From Octopus sinensis (taxonomy: Eukaryota): DNA of 64,000 nucleotides. The notes beneath the pieces are model-generated. The model did not search any database, was not told where the DNA came from, and worked only from the letters and a program-made list of their open reading frames with translations. Within the stretch, counting starts at the first letter, position 1. Each line of letters opens with the position of its first letter. Positions 25,069-39,980 of the stretch are shown here, one piece after another. The stretch is taken from positions 2,604,001-2,668,000 of the forward strand of contig NC_043003.1 in assembly GCF_006345805.1 (NCBI RefSeq). The letters run 5' to 3'. The position numbers and the translations under genes are program-made.

Positions 25069-25445
25069 GGTGCAGGAGTGGCTGTGGGGTAAGTAGCTTG
25101 CTTACCAACCACATGGTTCCGGGTTCAGTCCCACTGCGTGGCACCTTGGGCAAGTGTCTTCTACTATAGCCTCGGGTCAACCAAAGCCTTGTGAGTGGAT
25201 TTGGTAGACGGAAACTGAAAAAAGCTCGTCGTATGTGTATGTGTGTCTGCCCCCCCACCCCACCCCAACATCGCTTGACAACCGACGCTGGTGTGTTTAC
25301 GTCCCCGTAATCTAGCGGTTCGGCAAAAGAGACCTATATAATATGTACTAGGCTTACAAAGAATAAGTCCTGGGGTCGATTTGCTCGACTAAAGGCATTG
25401 CTCTAGCATGGCCGCAGTCAAATGGCTGAAACAAGTAAAAGAATA
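25069..25445 (+). mobile_element. Full-length tRNA-derived SINE (family A); copies at about 31540-31870, 46500-46915 and 54928-55323 (-)
   Basis: Head GG(C/T)GCAGGAGTGGCTGTG(T/G)GGTAAG, B-box-like GGTTCAGTCCC, CORE-like GGCACCTTGGGCAAGTGTCTT, a central TG microsatellite and a CAAGTAAAAGA tail. Confidence 0.9.
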
Positions 25446-27047
25446 TAAATTCTCATCTTTAAGGATAGTTTATTGCGTAACAATAAACATTTAAAAACTG
25501 TAGTTTGTAAATGATATGGGTTCGAAAGTACCAACAGTGGTGGAAGAAGTACCAATAAAGGTAGCACGGTGGATATATAATACTTCGCTCTTCTACATTA
25601 TCAGTTTTGGCAATTAAGGCCCATCAACAGCCATTAAACACAACAGCAACTCTCCTCACCCCCGCCCTCTGTACGTGTGAGTGTTGAGGGGGGGGGAGGG
25701 GAGGGAGAGAGAGAGAGAGAGAAAGAGAGAGGGGGGAGGGGATGGAGAGAGAGCGTCACATTCCAGCAGTTTCAGACAAACTTCTGCCAGCTCTCTACGC
25801 AGTCATAAATAACCTTTATACCTGGCTGCCTAAAAACTACTCTACCAAAGTTCCCCCCCCCTCGCTAACAAACACTTCGCCCTACACTAACCCCCAACAC
25901 TACATCATGAAGCGTGACTTTTTAACCGTAGTAAAAAGCAACACACCCAGGAATGCGATGCCCCAGTAGCATTAAATATCCATTAGGGGCTTTCCCCAAC
26001 TCGTTTAACTGAAAACCCCCACCTTTTCTCCACGGAGATAAATTCTATTCCTTGCAGCCTTATATCACTGAGTGCCACTGGTAGCTAAACCCCCTCCCAA
26101 CATCGTGGATAGGAGTTTTCTCGGCTGTCGAGAAAGCCACCCGTCTAGAAAGTTACCCAATTCATACCAGCCAAATGGTATTTCAAAAAAAAAAAGCTTT
26201 GCTCTAACCACACAGATCAGGGGTCATCAACCAGGGTCCATTGAAGAATTTGCTGTTAAACTTTTTCTACGGTAAATTGCTTATGCTTCCACAAAGCACA
26301 AAATATTCCAACAGTATTTTTTTGTTTTATACAATCCTCACAAATATTTTTTATCATAAAAATTTGATAGGATTTTTTAAAGTCATCGAATGTCTTTGAG
26401 GGTCCAACGGAGTTGATGTTGGTCTGTTTACATCCCGTGATATAGCGGTTCGGCAAAAATTTCCGACAGAAATAAGCACCGGACATTAAAAAGAAGGAAA
26501 AAAAAAGTGAAGTCAAATTGTTCATCTGAAACCCCTTCGAGGCGGTGTCACAGCATGGCCGCAGTCCAGGGGCCGAAACAATCAAACGATAAAGACATAC
26601 ACAGATGCTGTTTAACCTTCGGTCGGCCCCGTTTAAGTAGAACGATGGTCGAAGAAACCCCATCTATTTTAGCGCTATCCAGGACTGACCATTATCCAAT
26701 ATCCTTTCCTTACTCAAGACTAATAAGATAGATTTGAGAGAAGTGTGGCTCCATTTCTAGCAGGTCGAGCGACCATGTTGAGGTTCCCCACCGAGATCTT
26801 CGATTTTTATTATTATTAATTATTATTATATGTGCCAGATGAGGGAGGAATGACGAGTCGTTTTGTAAGTGATGCAAGCGTGAGAAAACGGATGTAAAAC
26901 TGACGACGATACATATGTATAATACATACATGTATGCGTGTGGGCACCTAACTAGGTTGTGGCTTTCGTTTCTTCTGCATGTGACGACCGGCTAAGGACA
27001 TTTTAGAAAACTGCACGAGTGTGTATGTGTCCGCCCTCCACCTACCC

Positions 27048-27080
<33 letters not shown>

Positions 27081-27085
<5 letters not shown>

Positions 27086-27328
27086 TAAAAACGGTAAGAT
27101 AACAAAAGAAAGAAGGAGACCTCAATATTATGTAAATAGAGGAACTTATCTGTAAATATAATATGTCACAATTATTCGGTAGCCAATAAAAAAACTCTGA
27201 GTTTCGGAAGCCGAGGTGGAGGACTCTACCGAATAATTGTCACATATTATATTTACAGATAAATTTCCTCTATTTACATAATATTGAGATCTCTTTCTTT
27301 CTTTTGTTGTCTTACCGTTTTTACCAAT
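27081..27328. repeat. Fold-back element, ~102-bp arms, 43-nt spacer
   Basis: 27081-27182 is the near-perfect reverse complement of 27226-27328. Confidence 0.92.
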
Positions 27329-27387
27329 AAATTACCTCCCGAACGACGCTATTCTTCACTAAGAGCTAATACAGCTTATTTTGGATA

Positions 27388-27418
<31 letters not shown>

Positions 27419-28649
27419 TATTACTAATTTCTGTCATATATGAGGCGTAGAGTAATAATTTAGATCTGACAATATTCACCAGGAATAAATCTAACCAAGC
27501 AATTACAGTAAACGATCGTAACTTCTGTTATGTATTTATTTCGTTAATAATGATTGGGTGAGGAGGAGAAATGATAAAATGAATCGATTTCTTGGTAGCC
27601 ATTTATTCCTTTTAATATCACGTGTGGAACCTTATTGGTTCTGGTGGAAGGAAACGTGCGCTGGAGTGTCTGGAGATAAATATTGTCTTTTAGAATGGCA
27701 GAGGTGATCGGTTCACGTGGAAGACGAATTGCATGGAATGGTTTGTTTTACAGAGAAAAGAATACAGCAACAGAGACAAAATCTTTACCTTAAACTAGAC
27801 GGAAATATTTACATAATTTATGTGTGTGGGTGCGTGCGTGCGTGTCTGTGTGTGTGTGTTTGGGTGCCTATTTGTGTGTATATGTATGTGTTTAATAAAC
27901 ATATGTATCCATATATATGTGTGTGTGTACATGTGGATATATAGATGGGTAGATAGCTAGCTTTATGTGTGTGTGTGTGTGTGAGTGTATAGTTGTAAAT
28001 ATTTACATAATTTACAGAAAATAAATTATTTATTAATATATTTTTCTATTACATTGTCCGTTGCCCCTTGAACAAGAAAGGAACGTTTTGGTTTTTACGC
28101 TGTTTCTTGCGTCGCAACAAAAACATGCGAAGAGGCAAAAACGGTGGACCCTAACACCTTGTTGGTCTGACTACATTCTACGCAAACAAATAAAAAAAAA
28201 AGGGGCTACAGGAACCGAAGAGGGAATCTCTGTCTGACCACTGAGGCCGAATTTATCTCAAATCACACGTTTAACCCTTCGCCTGCCCCGTGTATTTCCC
28301 CGTTGTCCATGCATCATACATTATAGACATTTACCATTTTGTTTTCAACCACAAGAATAACATGAGACTTACGAAAGGAATGCTTTATATTACTGAGACC
28401 GTGTGAAACAAGGCCTGACCTGAGCGTGTGTGTGTAAATGTTAAACAATGAGTGTTCAACATCGCAGTGGTGAATAAAATTTCTTTCTTTGAATATTAAG
28501 GCTACCATTGGTTTCATGTTTTAAGAAAATATGTAAATATCTTAATTTTCCAAGTCAATCACATGGAGGAATGGTGCATATATAAACAACATGTTTTGCG
28601 TTTTCTTTTTAGAAAAATATAAATCCGAAGAAGAAGTACAGTCTATTTT

Positions 28650-28760
28650 AATTACTGGTAAAGGTCGATTTATGGGGCTACTCTGGGTTTCTCGATATAA
28701 AGGGTACCTTTATGGCAAGAAACCCAGGGTAATCCTATAAATCGGCCTTCGCCAGTAATT
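28650..28760. repeat. Imperfect ~110-bp palindrome
   Basis: AATTACTGGTAAAGGTCGATTTATGGGGCTACTCTGGGTTTCT pairs with AGAAACCCAGGGTAATCCTATAAATCGGCCTTCGCCAGTAATT. Confidence 0.8.
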
Positions 28761-28766
28761 TATATA

Positions 28767-28830
<64 letters not shown>

Positions 28831-29666
28831 GCACTTGGCTTATGGACTAACATCTAAAAAAGAAATATATGACCCGCCAACAAAACTAAATTAACTTCGC
28901 GTAATTAAAAGGTCTGGGTTAAACTTACGGAAATGATTTGGACAGGTCAAGAGTTAAAACAAACGAGGGACATTGTGGATCATGTAGTCCTAGGGACACT
29001 GTGACTGGTAACACAAAAATAAAAGGCAGGTTAGTCACGGCTGGAATGCTTTTGATTATAGATATGTTGAATTGGGGCTGAGCTGGGAGTAAACGAAAAT
29101 TTGCGGCAGTAAAGAAAAACTAAAACCCAAGAGACATCAACGTTTTATGTAAACAAACGCATCACGTGCATTCACCAACATGAGAGGTCCAAAGTTTGTA
29201 GGCGTCCATTTAGAGTTGATCCAGAAACGAGTATCTCAGCCAATTTCGTACGTTACGTTCTGAGTTCGAATCCAGTGGAGATCAACTTTGTCTTTGATCC
29301 TTCTGGGGCTGATAAAATAAAGTACCATTAAAGTACTGAGGTCGATTTCATCGCCTAACCCCTACCCCACCAAATTCCTCGCCTTGTGCCGATATAACAG
29401 ACCATTTCTGCTTGTCCCCTTTTTTTTTTCTTTATCTCTTCTTATACAAAGGAACACTTTATTACTGTACGTGACCATTCGAAGTGCTAGAAATAGCAGC
29501 TGAATCCCATTCGAATCACTACACCCAAACTTCACAATAATAATTAAGTGTTGGTTTGTCTCAGTCCCATAATTTAAATATCTCTCATTGTCCAGTGCAG
29601 CAGAGAGAAGTTCGTTCTAATAAAAAGACAGTGAAGCACAGAACATACAATTGCTGCTTAGACGAA

Positions 29667-29671
<5 letters not shown>

Positions 29672-29757
<86 letters not shown>
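29672..29757. repeat. (TA)n microsatellite
   Basis: Directly visible. One of many TA/CA/GA tracts in the window. Confidence 0.97.
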
Positions 29758-29759
<2 letters not shown>

Positions 29760-30835
29760 CACACACGTTATTTTGTAATGAAGCCTTTAACTTTTGACAA
29801 CAATTTTCTTCGTGTCTCGTAATTGTTGTTTAACCCCCGGCCGACCTTCATCAAACACACCTGTAATCAATTTTTAATTTTACGTATCTATTAATTCGGA
29901 CGGTAGTGGGGAGACTCGAGGAAGATATGTGGTAGCTATTTCTAGCAATTTACGCGACAGCTAGAGCCGCCTCCGTTGGCTCGAAACATATTAAGCGTAG
30001 CTTGTCCTAAATTCATACATAACAATATGATTGTAATATACTTTAAAAAAGAAAAAAAAAAACTGATGGACACTAAAAAGAAATCGACCCCCCTCCACAG
30101 CATTTAGTTTCAACCGGATATTATATATAACACAGCATGACCAAATGATAACCATTCTACTCTCAATTATCATAATGAATGCAATCAAGAATGATAATGG
30201 AAGTATGGAAGTAAAACTAATGTTCCCGATGAAATTACTGAGTAATTTATATTAGAAACAACACACACACATACACACACAGACCGTTTTGGTTTTATTT
30301 AATCGGTCTGTGGATTATCAGTTCAGATCTTTAGCGAGAAATCATTTACAGAAGAATTTAGACATTTTTGACTCCAGCCTGGATGCAGATTAATTTACAT
30401 TAAGTAGCTTCACTCCATTTATAATCAGGAAATAAAATGAATAATCCATTTTATATGCGTCAATAATACATTCTGTAGCGAAGACGATGGCTTTATTTTA
30501 ATTTTTCAAGCCATTTGATTGCAAAGAGGTTAAACACATGATGCGGTGTGTCTGCCTCGCAAGAGCCGAGCACCGGCGACATTTCTTGTGTAGTCGGAGT
30601 TAAACGCGCACAAGCAAACACAGACATTATATTGCCAGGATTAAAAATGTACATCGGTTGTTATAATCTATAAAAAGATAAATTCAAGTTTTATATCTGA
30701 TGAGCAAGAAATCGTTCAGATATCTGTGATGGAGAAAACGTTGACACATTAACCGGGAGACAAGTGCCCCACACACTGCTTCTACGACATGCCTAAAACA
30801 CACCTCTCTTTCTCTCGATATATATATCTATATGC

Positions 30836-30868
<33 letters not shown>

Positions 30869-33820
30869 TACATGCTGAGAAGATGCAAAACGAAATATAT
30901 AACACGAGACAGACCAGTTACAAGAATTTACTACTATCTACAATCCAGGAAGAAAACGACAAATAATAATAATAATTAATAATAATAATAATAATAATTA
31001 ATAATAAATCATTCGACGAAATCACAGAAAGAAACCGAATATGAGTTAGAAAAAATGTGTATTTTTTTATAAACAGAAAATAAATATAAAAAGAAAAACG
31101 AAGGCAACACACTTTAAATAAGTTGAAGTATAAAAATATATAAAACAAAAAATGTACCTCGATTGCAATAGATCACACATAATATGCATTTCTAATCGAT
31201 GACGATCTCGCATAGATATTAGTGATCATTTTTGATTAATAAGATCGTTTTTTTGAATATTATGAAGAATATCAGAGCATAAATCACAACATTAAGAGGT
31301 TAAGCAATAGTCTTCCAATTAAAATTTGGTCGACCTCTTCTGAGGAATGCCAGTATTCCAAAGAAAATTTTCTACATGAATCATAAAAAAAAAAAATCCC
31401 TTTACTTTAACAATAGACAAGGAGAGAGACGAATACATGTCAGGGGAAGTAACTTGATGGTGGAACTGAAACCGAAAAGAAAGTTTGCAGGTGCCCGTCC
31501 CCCCACCCCGTTTCAATATTAATCTGATATTCTACTTGTGTCGGTCATTGGACTGCGGCCACGCCGGAGCACTGCCTGAAAGGGATTTAGTCGAAGACAT
31601 CGACTCCTGCGCTTATTGTTTTTCTCTATAAGTCTGGTACGTATTCTATCGTTTACTTTCGCCGAACCGCCAAGTCACCAAACTAGCCAACACTGGTTGT
31701 CAAACGGTGGCGGAGGGGACACACACACGCAAACATCAGGCTTCCACACAGTTTTCGTCTACCGATTTCACTCACAAAAGATTCTGGCCGAGGCTAAAGT
31801 AGAAGACACTTGCCCAAGGTGCCACGCAGTGGGACTGAACCCGAAACCAGGTGGTTGCAGAGCAAATAGTGTACCGCGTATAAAGAAACGGGAAGGGTAG
31901 AAATGACGTCACAACAGGGTCCACAAATCTGCACATGACCCAAAGACTAGTCCCAATGACATCCCCTACCTATTAGGGTACCATCATTAAAACAGTCGCT
32001 TTCCAGACAAATAAATAGGTCATCATCTTTTAGCGTCCCCTTTTCCCTGCCGGCATGGGTTGGACAGTTTGATAAGAACAGCCGAGCCAGAGGTCTCTGA
32101 CAGGTTCCATGTCTGCTTTGGCAGGGTTTCTATGGCTGGATGCCCTTCTTAATGCTAGCCACTTTATGCAGTGTACTGGGTACTTTTTACACGGCACCAG
32201 CACCAGTAAGGTCACCAAGTACACACAAGACAGGACCCCTTAACTGAGTGGAGTACAGCATGGAGAGATAAGAAACTAGGACAGAGTGGGAGGGGCAGGT
32301 GTCTTGTTGAAAAGGTGAATTCATGGCTTGGCCACCAGGAAAGAATGTGTGAGAAAGAGAGAAAGAAAGAGATGTGAGGTTCAGGTACAAGGTGAATACG
32401 AGGCCAAAATAGCCATTCTATCAATAAAGCCATTAGCTGTAAACATTGTGTTGGGACACATGCCATTAGATCTAGGTGTAAAAACCCCTTGGTTTTAATA
32501 TCACACTCCTGGTGCCCCCCCCCCAACTCAGCATCTCAAGCGTTGACCATTTTCTACAGCAAATTCAAAACAAAGAGTGTTTCACAAATAAAACCTCGCC
32601 TAATTAACCCTTGTTTGATTTTTTTATATGCATTGCCCTGTTTTGGTTACCCTATTATTGCTCCCCACCCTCGGGAGGGGTGGTACCGCCCACTTTGGGA
32701 ACCACTGGTACAAAAGAACAACTATTATATGCTACCTTGCAAGAACACAAACACACACACACACACAGGTATACATATTTACACACATATACACACACAC
32801 ACGTATCACATGATTGACCAGACTGTCGGGTGTTGTTATACATCGCTGGTCACAATGCGCTTTGCATCGTTTCATTTTTCAGATGGTGCCACCCTGCTGG
32901 CAAGGCGAGCAAACCAACATTCTCCCTAATCGGGATGCCAGTCCCTAGCAAGGATACCTATTTACAGGTGAGTGGACTGGTGCAACATAAAATGAAGAAT
33001 TTTGCTCAAGAACACAATGTGCCACTTGGTTCAAGAATTGAACTTGTAATCTACCAATCAGGAGTACAACACCTTAACCACTAAGCCACACACACACACA
33101 TACCCTTCGCCCCTTGATCTATTACTGTCCGAATCCTCTCTTATATTCACCTTGTATCGCAAGATGGTTCAGCATCTCATCCCCATCTCAACTTTCTTTC
33201 CAGCTACCCTTTCCTATTCCTGTTGGGTAGCACATATCTCCTCTATAGCAAGACACCTGTGCTTGTCCCTTTTATCATTACCTCCAGCGTCTGAACACCT
33301 GGTATAAAAATCACTACCTGCATCAAATATTCCCCCATACTTAGTTGAGGGGTTTTTTTTTTCACTTTTCATTTTTCATTTTTTTCCCTCATCTTGCAAG
33401 TTACTTGGCAACCTAACGATTGCTGCCGGCACAAAAAAAAAAAAAAAGACACCGAAAACATGCTGCAAAGTGGTTGGCACTATGAAGGGTGTCCAGCCAT
33501 AGAAATCATACCAAAGCTTGACATGACCCTAGGGTTTGCCAGACCCTGTCAAATTGTCCAGCCCATGTCAGTATGGAAAATGGATGTTAAAGGCTTACAT
33601 GCACACAACAGGCCTCTTTAAGTTTCCATCTATGAAACCCAAACACAAGGCTTTGGTCAGCCCAGGGCTACAAAAAAGACACTTGCCAAAGTTGGCATGC
33701 AGTGGGACTGAACTCGGAACCATGTGGCTGGAAAGCAAACTTCACAGCCTCACCTGCACCTTGATCCTTTTATAGTAAATCCAATTCAACCATTCCAAGT
33801 TGTATAGAAAAAATACTTAC

Positions 33821-34009
33821 TCTGAAAATTCACATTCATTTCTGTGACCATTTACTTGTTGACGAATATCAATCGGTTGTGATTTCGGTACGTAACCATT
33901 CACTACTGGATTAGAAATCTGTTGTTCAATATCTACGGTACAGTCATAAAAGGGACCTTGTTGACCATCCACTTCATTGGTGCTGACATTTTCAGGTATA
34001 TTGCCAATC
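33821..34009 (-). CDS. ATG13: ATG13 exon 3 (disordered linker; 189 nt, phase 2/2)
   Basis: Acceptor poly-T..cccAG (34011-34010) and donor GTAAGT at 33820. The open frame (R)IGNIPENVSTNEVDGQQGPFYDC..PKSQPIDIRQQVNGHRNECEFS joins exon 2 and exon 4 in frame. Confidence 0.82.
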
Positions 34010-34335
34010 CTGGGTTTCAAGGATAAAACGAAAAAAAAAAAAAACCATTTAAATACTAACAAAACTAAATTTTAAAAGAATTACAAAATATCTGATTAAA
34101 AACAAAAAACCCACTAACATGAGAAGGAAATTCTTCATCATTTAATGTCCACATTGCCGTGCTTGCATGGTTCAGCTGGAATTTATTGGGGTACAATTTC
34201 TATGGCTGGGTGCCCTTCCTGTAGCCAGACCTTACCTGCTTCCAAGCTAAGTAATATTTCCCCTTAACTAGACAGGTTCACACAAAAGACTGGCAATAAA
34301 CAATCTCACTTGTATGATGATGATTCTCCAAGGCT

Positions 34336-37300
34336 ACACACACATACATATGTCTACACACAGGCATACACACACATACATATGTCTACACACAGGCATA
34401 CACACACATACATATGTCTACACACAGGCATACACACATACATATGTCTACACACAGGCATACACACACATACATATGTCTACACACAGGCATACACACA
34501 CATACATATGTCTACACACAGGCATACACACATACATATGTCTACACACAGGCATACACACACATACATATGTCTACACACAGGCATACACACACATACA
34601 TATGTCTACACACAGGCATACACACACATACATATGTCTACACACAGGCATACATACACATACATATGTCTACACACAGGCATACACACATACATATGTC
34701 TACACACAGGCATACACACACATACATATGTCTACACACAGGCATACACACACATACATATGTCTACACACAGGCATACACACACATACATATGTCTACA
34801 CACAGGCATACACACACATACATATGTCTACACACAGGCATACATACACATACATATGTCTACACACAGGCATACACACACATACATATGTCTACACACA
34901 GGCATACACACACATACATATGTCTACACACAGGCATACACACACACACATATGTCTACACACAGGCATACACACACATACATATGTCTACACACAGGCA
35001 TACATACACATACATATGTCTACACACAGGCATACACACACATACATATGTCTACACACAGGCATACACACACATACATATGTCTACACACAGGCATACA
35101 CACACATACATATGTCTACACACAGGCATACACACATACATATGTCTACACACAGGCATACACACACATACATATGTCTACACACAGGCATACACACACA
35201 TACATATGTCTACACACAGGCATACATACACATACATATGTCTACACACAGGCATACACACACATACATATGTCTACACACAGGCATACACACACATACA
35301 TATGTCTACACACAGGCATACACACACATACATATGTCTACACACAGGCATACACACATACATATGTCTACACACAGGCATACACACACATACATATGTC
35401 TACACACAGGCATACACACACATACATATGTCTACACACAGGCATACACACACATACATATGTCTACACACAGGCATACACACACATACATATGTCTACA
35501 CACAGGCATACATACACATACATATGTCTACACACAGGCATACACACACATACATATGTCTACACACAGGCATACACACACATACATATGTCTACACACA
35601 GGCATACACACACATACATATGTCTACACACAGGCATACACACACATACATATGTCTACACACAGGCATACACACACATACATATGTCTACACACAGGCA
35701 TACACACACATACATATGTCTACACACAGGCATACACACACATACATATGTCTACACACAGGCATACACACACATACATATGTCTACACACAGGCATACA
35801 CACACATACATATGTCTACACACAGGCATACACACACATACATATGTCTACACACAGGCATACATACACATACATATGTCTACACACAGGCATACACACA
35901 CATACATATGTCTACACACAGGCATACACACACATACATATGTCTACACACACAGGCATACACCACATACATATGTCTACACACAGGCATACATACACAT
36001 ACATATGTCTACACACAGGCATACACACACATACATATGTCTACACACAGGCATACACACACATACATATGTCTACACACAGGCATACACACACATACAT
36101 ATGTCTACACACAGGCATACACACACATACATATGTCTACACACAGGCATACACACACATACATATGTCTACACACAGGCATACACACACATACATATGT
36201 CTACACACAGGCATACACACACATACATATGTCTACACACAGGCATACACACACACATACATATGTCTACACACAGGCATACACACACATACATATGTCT
36301 ACACACAGGCATACACACACATACATATGTCTACACACAGGCATACACACACATACATATGTCTACACACAGGCATACATACACATACATATGTCTACAC
36401 ACAGGCATACACACACATACATATGTCTACACACAGGCATACACACACATACATATGTCTACACACAGGCATACACACACATACATATGTCTACACACAG
36501 GCATACATACACATACATATGTCTACACACAGGCATACACACACATACATATGTCTACACACAGGCATACACACACATACATATGTCTACACACACAGGC
36601 ATACACACACATACATATGTCTACACACAGGCATACACACACATACATATGTCTACACACAGGCATACACACCATACATATGTCTACACACAGGCATACA
36701 TACACATACATATGTCTACACACAGGCATGCACACACATACATATGTCTACACACAGGCATACACACACATACATATGTCTACACACAGGCATACATACA
36801 CATACATATGTCTACACACAGGCATACACACACATACATATGTCTACACACAGGCATACACACACATACATATGTCTACACACAGGCATACACACACATA
36901 CATATGTCTACACACAGGCATACACACACATACATATGTCTACACACAGGCATACATACACATACATATGTCTACACACAGGCATACACACACATACATA
37001 TGTCTACACACAGGCATACACACACATACATATGTCTACACACAGGCATACACACACATACATATGTCTACACACAGGCATACACACATACATATGTCTA
37101 CACACAGGCATACATACACATACATATGTCTACACACAGGCATACACACACATACATATGTCTACACACAGGCATACACACACATACATATGTCTACACA
37201 CAGGCATACACACACATACATATGTCTACACACAGGCATACATACACATATATGTCTACACACAGGCATACACACACATACATATGTCTACACACAGGAA

Positions 37301-39980
37301 TACACACAGGCATACATACACATATATGTCTACACACAGGCATACACACACATACATATGTCTACACACAGGCATACACACACATACATATGTCTACACA
37401 CAGGAATACACACACATACATATGTCTACACACAGGAATACATACACATACATATGTCTACACACACATACATATGTCTACACACAGGCATACATACACA
37501 TACATATGTCTACACACACATACATATGTCTACACACAGGAATACATACACATACATATGTCTACACACACATACATATGTCTACACACAGGAATACACA
37601 CAGGCATACACACACATACATATGTCTACACACAGGCATACATACACATATATGTCTACACACAGGCATACACACACATACATATGTCTACACACAGGCA
37701 TACACACACATACATATGTCTACACACAGGCATACACACACATACATATGTCTACACACAGGCATACACACACATACATATGTCTACACACAGGAATACA
37801 CACACATACATATGTCTACACAGGCATACACACACATACATATGTCTACACACAGGCATACACACACATACATATGTCTACACACAGGCATACACACACA
37901 TACATATGTCTACACACAGGCATACACACACATACATATGTCTACACACAGGCATACACACACATACATATGTCTACACACAGGAATACACACACATACA
38001 TATGTCTACACAGGCATACACACACATACATATGTCTACACACAGGCATACACACACATACATATGTCTACACAGGCATACACACACATACATATGTCTA
38101 CACACAGGCATACACACACATACATATGTCTACACACACAGGCACACACACACACATATGTCTACACACAGGCATACACACACATACATATGTCTACACA
38201 CAGGCATACACACACATACATATGTCTACACACAGGCATACACACACATACATATGTCTACACACAGGCATACACACACATACATATGTCTACACACAGG
38301 CATACATACACATACATATGTCTACACACAGGCATACACACACATACATATGTCTACACACAGGCATACATACACATACATATGTCTACACACAGGCATA
38401 CACACACATACATATGTCTACACACAGGCATACACACACATACATATGTCTACACACAGGCATACATACACATACATATGTCTACACACACATACATATG
38501 TCTACACACAGGCATACATACACATACATATGTCTACACACACATACATATGTCTACACACAGGCATACATACACATACATATGTCTACACACAGGCATA
38601 CACACACATACATATGTCTACACACAGGCATACATACACATACATATGTCTACACACAGGCATACACACACATACATATGTCTACACACAGGCATACACA
38701 CACATACATATGTCTACACACAGGCATACACACACATACATATGTCTACACACAGGCATACATACACATACATATGTCTACACACAGGCATACACACACA
38801 TACATATGTCTACACACAGGCATACATACACATACATATGTCTACACACAGGCATACACACACATACATATGTCTACACACAGGCATACACACACATACA
38901 TGTCTACACACAGGCATACATACACATACATATGTCTACACACACATACATATGTCTACACACAGGCATACATACACATACATATGTCTACACACAGGCA
39001 TACACACACATACATATGTCTACACACAGGCATACACACACATACATATGTCTACACACAGGCATACATACACATACATATGTCTACACACAGGCATACA
39101 CACACATACATATGTCTACACACAGGCATACACACACATACATATGTCTACACACAGGAATACACACACATACATATGTCTACACACAGGCATACACACA
39201 CATACATATGTCTACACACAGGCATACACACACATACATATGTCTACACACAGGCATACATACACATATATGTCTACACACAGGCATACACACACATACA
39301 TATGTCTACACAGGCATACACACACATACATATGTCTACACACAGGCATACACACACATACATATGTCTACACACAGGCATACACACACATACATATGTC
39401 TACACACAGGCATACACACACATACATATGTCTACACACAGGCATACATACACATACATATGTCTACACACAGGCATACACACACATACATATGTCTACA
39501 CACAGGCATACACACAGGCATACATACACATACATATGTCTACACACAGGCATACACACACATACATATGTCTACACACAGGCATACACACTCATACATA
39601 TGTCTACACACAGGCATACACACACATACATATGTCTACACACAGGCATACATACACATACATATGTCTACACACAGGAATACACACACATACATATGTC
39701 TACACAGGCATACACACACATACATATGTCTACACACAGGCATACACACACATACATATGTCTACACACAGGCATACATACACATATATGTCTACACACA
39801 GGCATACACACACATACATATGTCTACACACAGGCATACACACACATACATATGTCTACACACAGGCATACACACACATACATATGTCTACACACAGGCA
39901 TACACACACATACATATGTCTACACACAGGCATACACACACATACATATGTCTACACACAGGCATACATACACATACATA
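34336..39980. repeat. 5.6-kb tandem array of a 32-bp unit ACACACACATACATATGTCTACACACAGGCAT (about 175-185 copies)
   Basis: Directly visible. Variants include 30-bp units, CATACATAC, GGAAT and GGCAT-deleted units. Confidence 0.98.

Noticed and set aside
25069-25145. Possible tRNA genes (also 2591, 16500-16573, 43175, 48687)
   Set aside because: A/B-box-like heads without a full cloverleaf or acceptor stem, continuing into repeat bodies. These are SINE heads.
30697-30715. CTGATGAGCAAGAAA as hammerhead or C-box
   Set aside because: No stem II between CUGAUGA and GAAA, no stem III/NUH, and no matching D-box terminal stem was seen.
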